64,000 nt of DNA. Origin: Paraspadella gotoi (Eukaryota > Animalia > Chaetognatha). The stretch lies in assembly GCA_051294375.1 (NCBI GenBank), contig CM119268.1, positions 10,578,318-10,642,317 on the forward strand. Direction: 5' to 3'. The position numbers and the translations under genes are program-made. The notes below the pieces were generated by a model. The model ran no database searches and was not told the origin of the DNA. It saw only the letters and a list, made by a program, of their open reading frames with translations. Position 1 is the first letter of the stretch, and every line of letters starts with the position of its first letter. Below are positions 63,513-64,000 of this stretch, piece after piece.

Positions 63513-63932
63513 TCAACATTTGTCAACTTTGCTATTTTTGGTTTTCATCACGGGCAACTTTAAGGTAAATTTTAAGTTGTCTGGTATTATTTGAGATACA
63601 TAATATAAATATAATATAAAAATTCTAATGGCGACTAATCCCACGATTACATAGTATTGGTCGGCATTAAAACTGCATGTTCTTTTAAATTGATAGAAAT
63701 AAACGATTTCTTCCTTCGGATCTTTCGGATCCTCTTGATCTTGATTCTTGATTAAGAGACCAATAATTTTGGCGGATTCGTCATGCAACCCGAAATCCTC
63801 GATCGATTCTTTGATGAATCTCTTTCCCTCGGTCTTCTCATCGAATGCATATTTCCCGATCGTTGTTCTAAAAACCTTTTGCCTTCTAGGCATGTCATTC
63901 TCCATCATCAGGCTTTGTCTTGTCAAACGCAG
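63513..63932 (-). CDS. Possible terminal exon of an unidentified gene continuing beyond the window
   Basis: About 139 open codons preceded by a CTCCTAG acceptor-like site, protein-like composition with a hydrophobic helix (YYVIVGLVAIRIFILYLYY); no secure family match. Confidence 0.4.
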   Translation of the reverse strand: MRLTRQSLMMENDMPRRQKVFRTTIGKYAFDEKTEGKRFIKESIEDFGLHDESAKIIGLLIKNQDQEDPKDPKEEIVYFYQFKRTCSFNADQYYVIVGLVAIRIFILYLYYVSQIIPDNLKFTLKLPVMKTKNSKVDKC

Positions 63933-64000
63933 CTAGGAGTAGCACCAATATTATCGCCATTGGTTGGTTACTATCGATTTTCTATTGAATCCCTTGCCGA

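Overview
Intron-containing animal (invertebrate metazoan) genomic DNA with five assembly gaps; most ORF-track entries are gap, microsatellite or antisense artefacts, so genes were rebuilt by hand from splice sites and reading phase. 1-16 kb is largely non-coding and rich in (GA)n and (ACG)n. 16.2-40.6 kb holds one 26-exon receptor tyrosine phosphatase (FN3, 7 laminin-type EGF repeats, FN3s, TM, two PTP domains). 43.4-62.7 kb is a compact run of five + strand genes separated by only 131-518 bp: ARFGAP2/3, DNAJC21, an atypical DYRK/HIPK-like kinase apparently fused to a BRD8-type bromodomain, a DNMT3-type methyltransferase lacking PWWP and ADD domains, and UBE2N. An entire AT-rich SLC26 transporter gene is nested antisense in the kinase gene's 4 kb intron. 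Several MITEs (most with target-site duplications) and a Penelope-like palindrome carrying a minimal hammerhead-ribozyme core are also present. All gene models are manual and lack transcript support.
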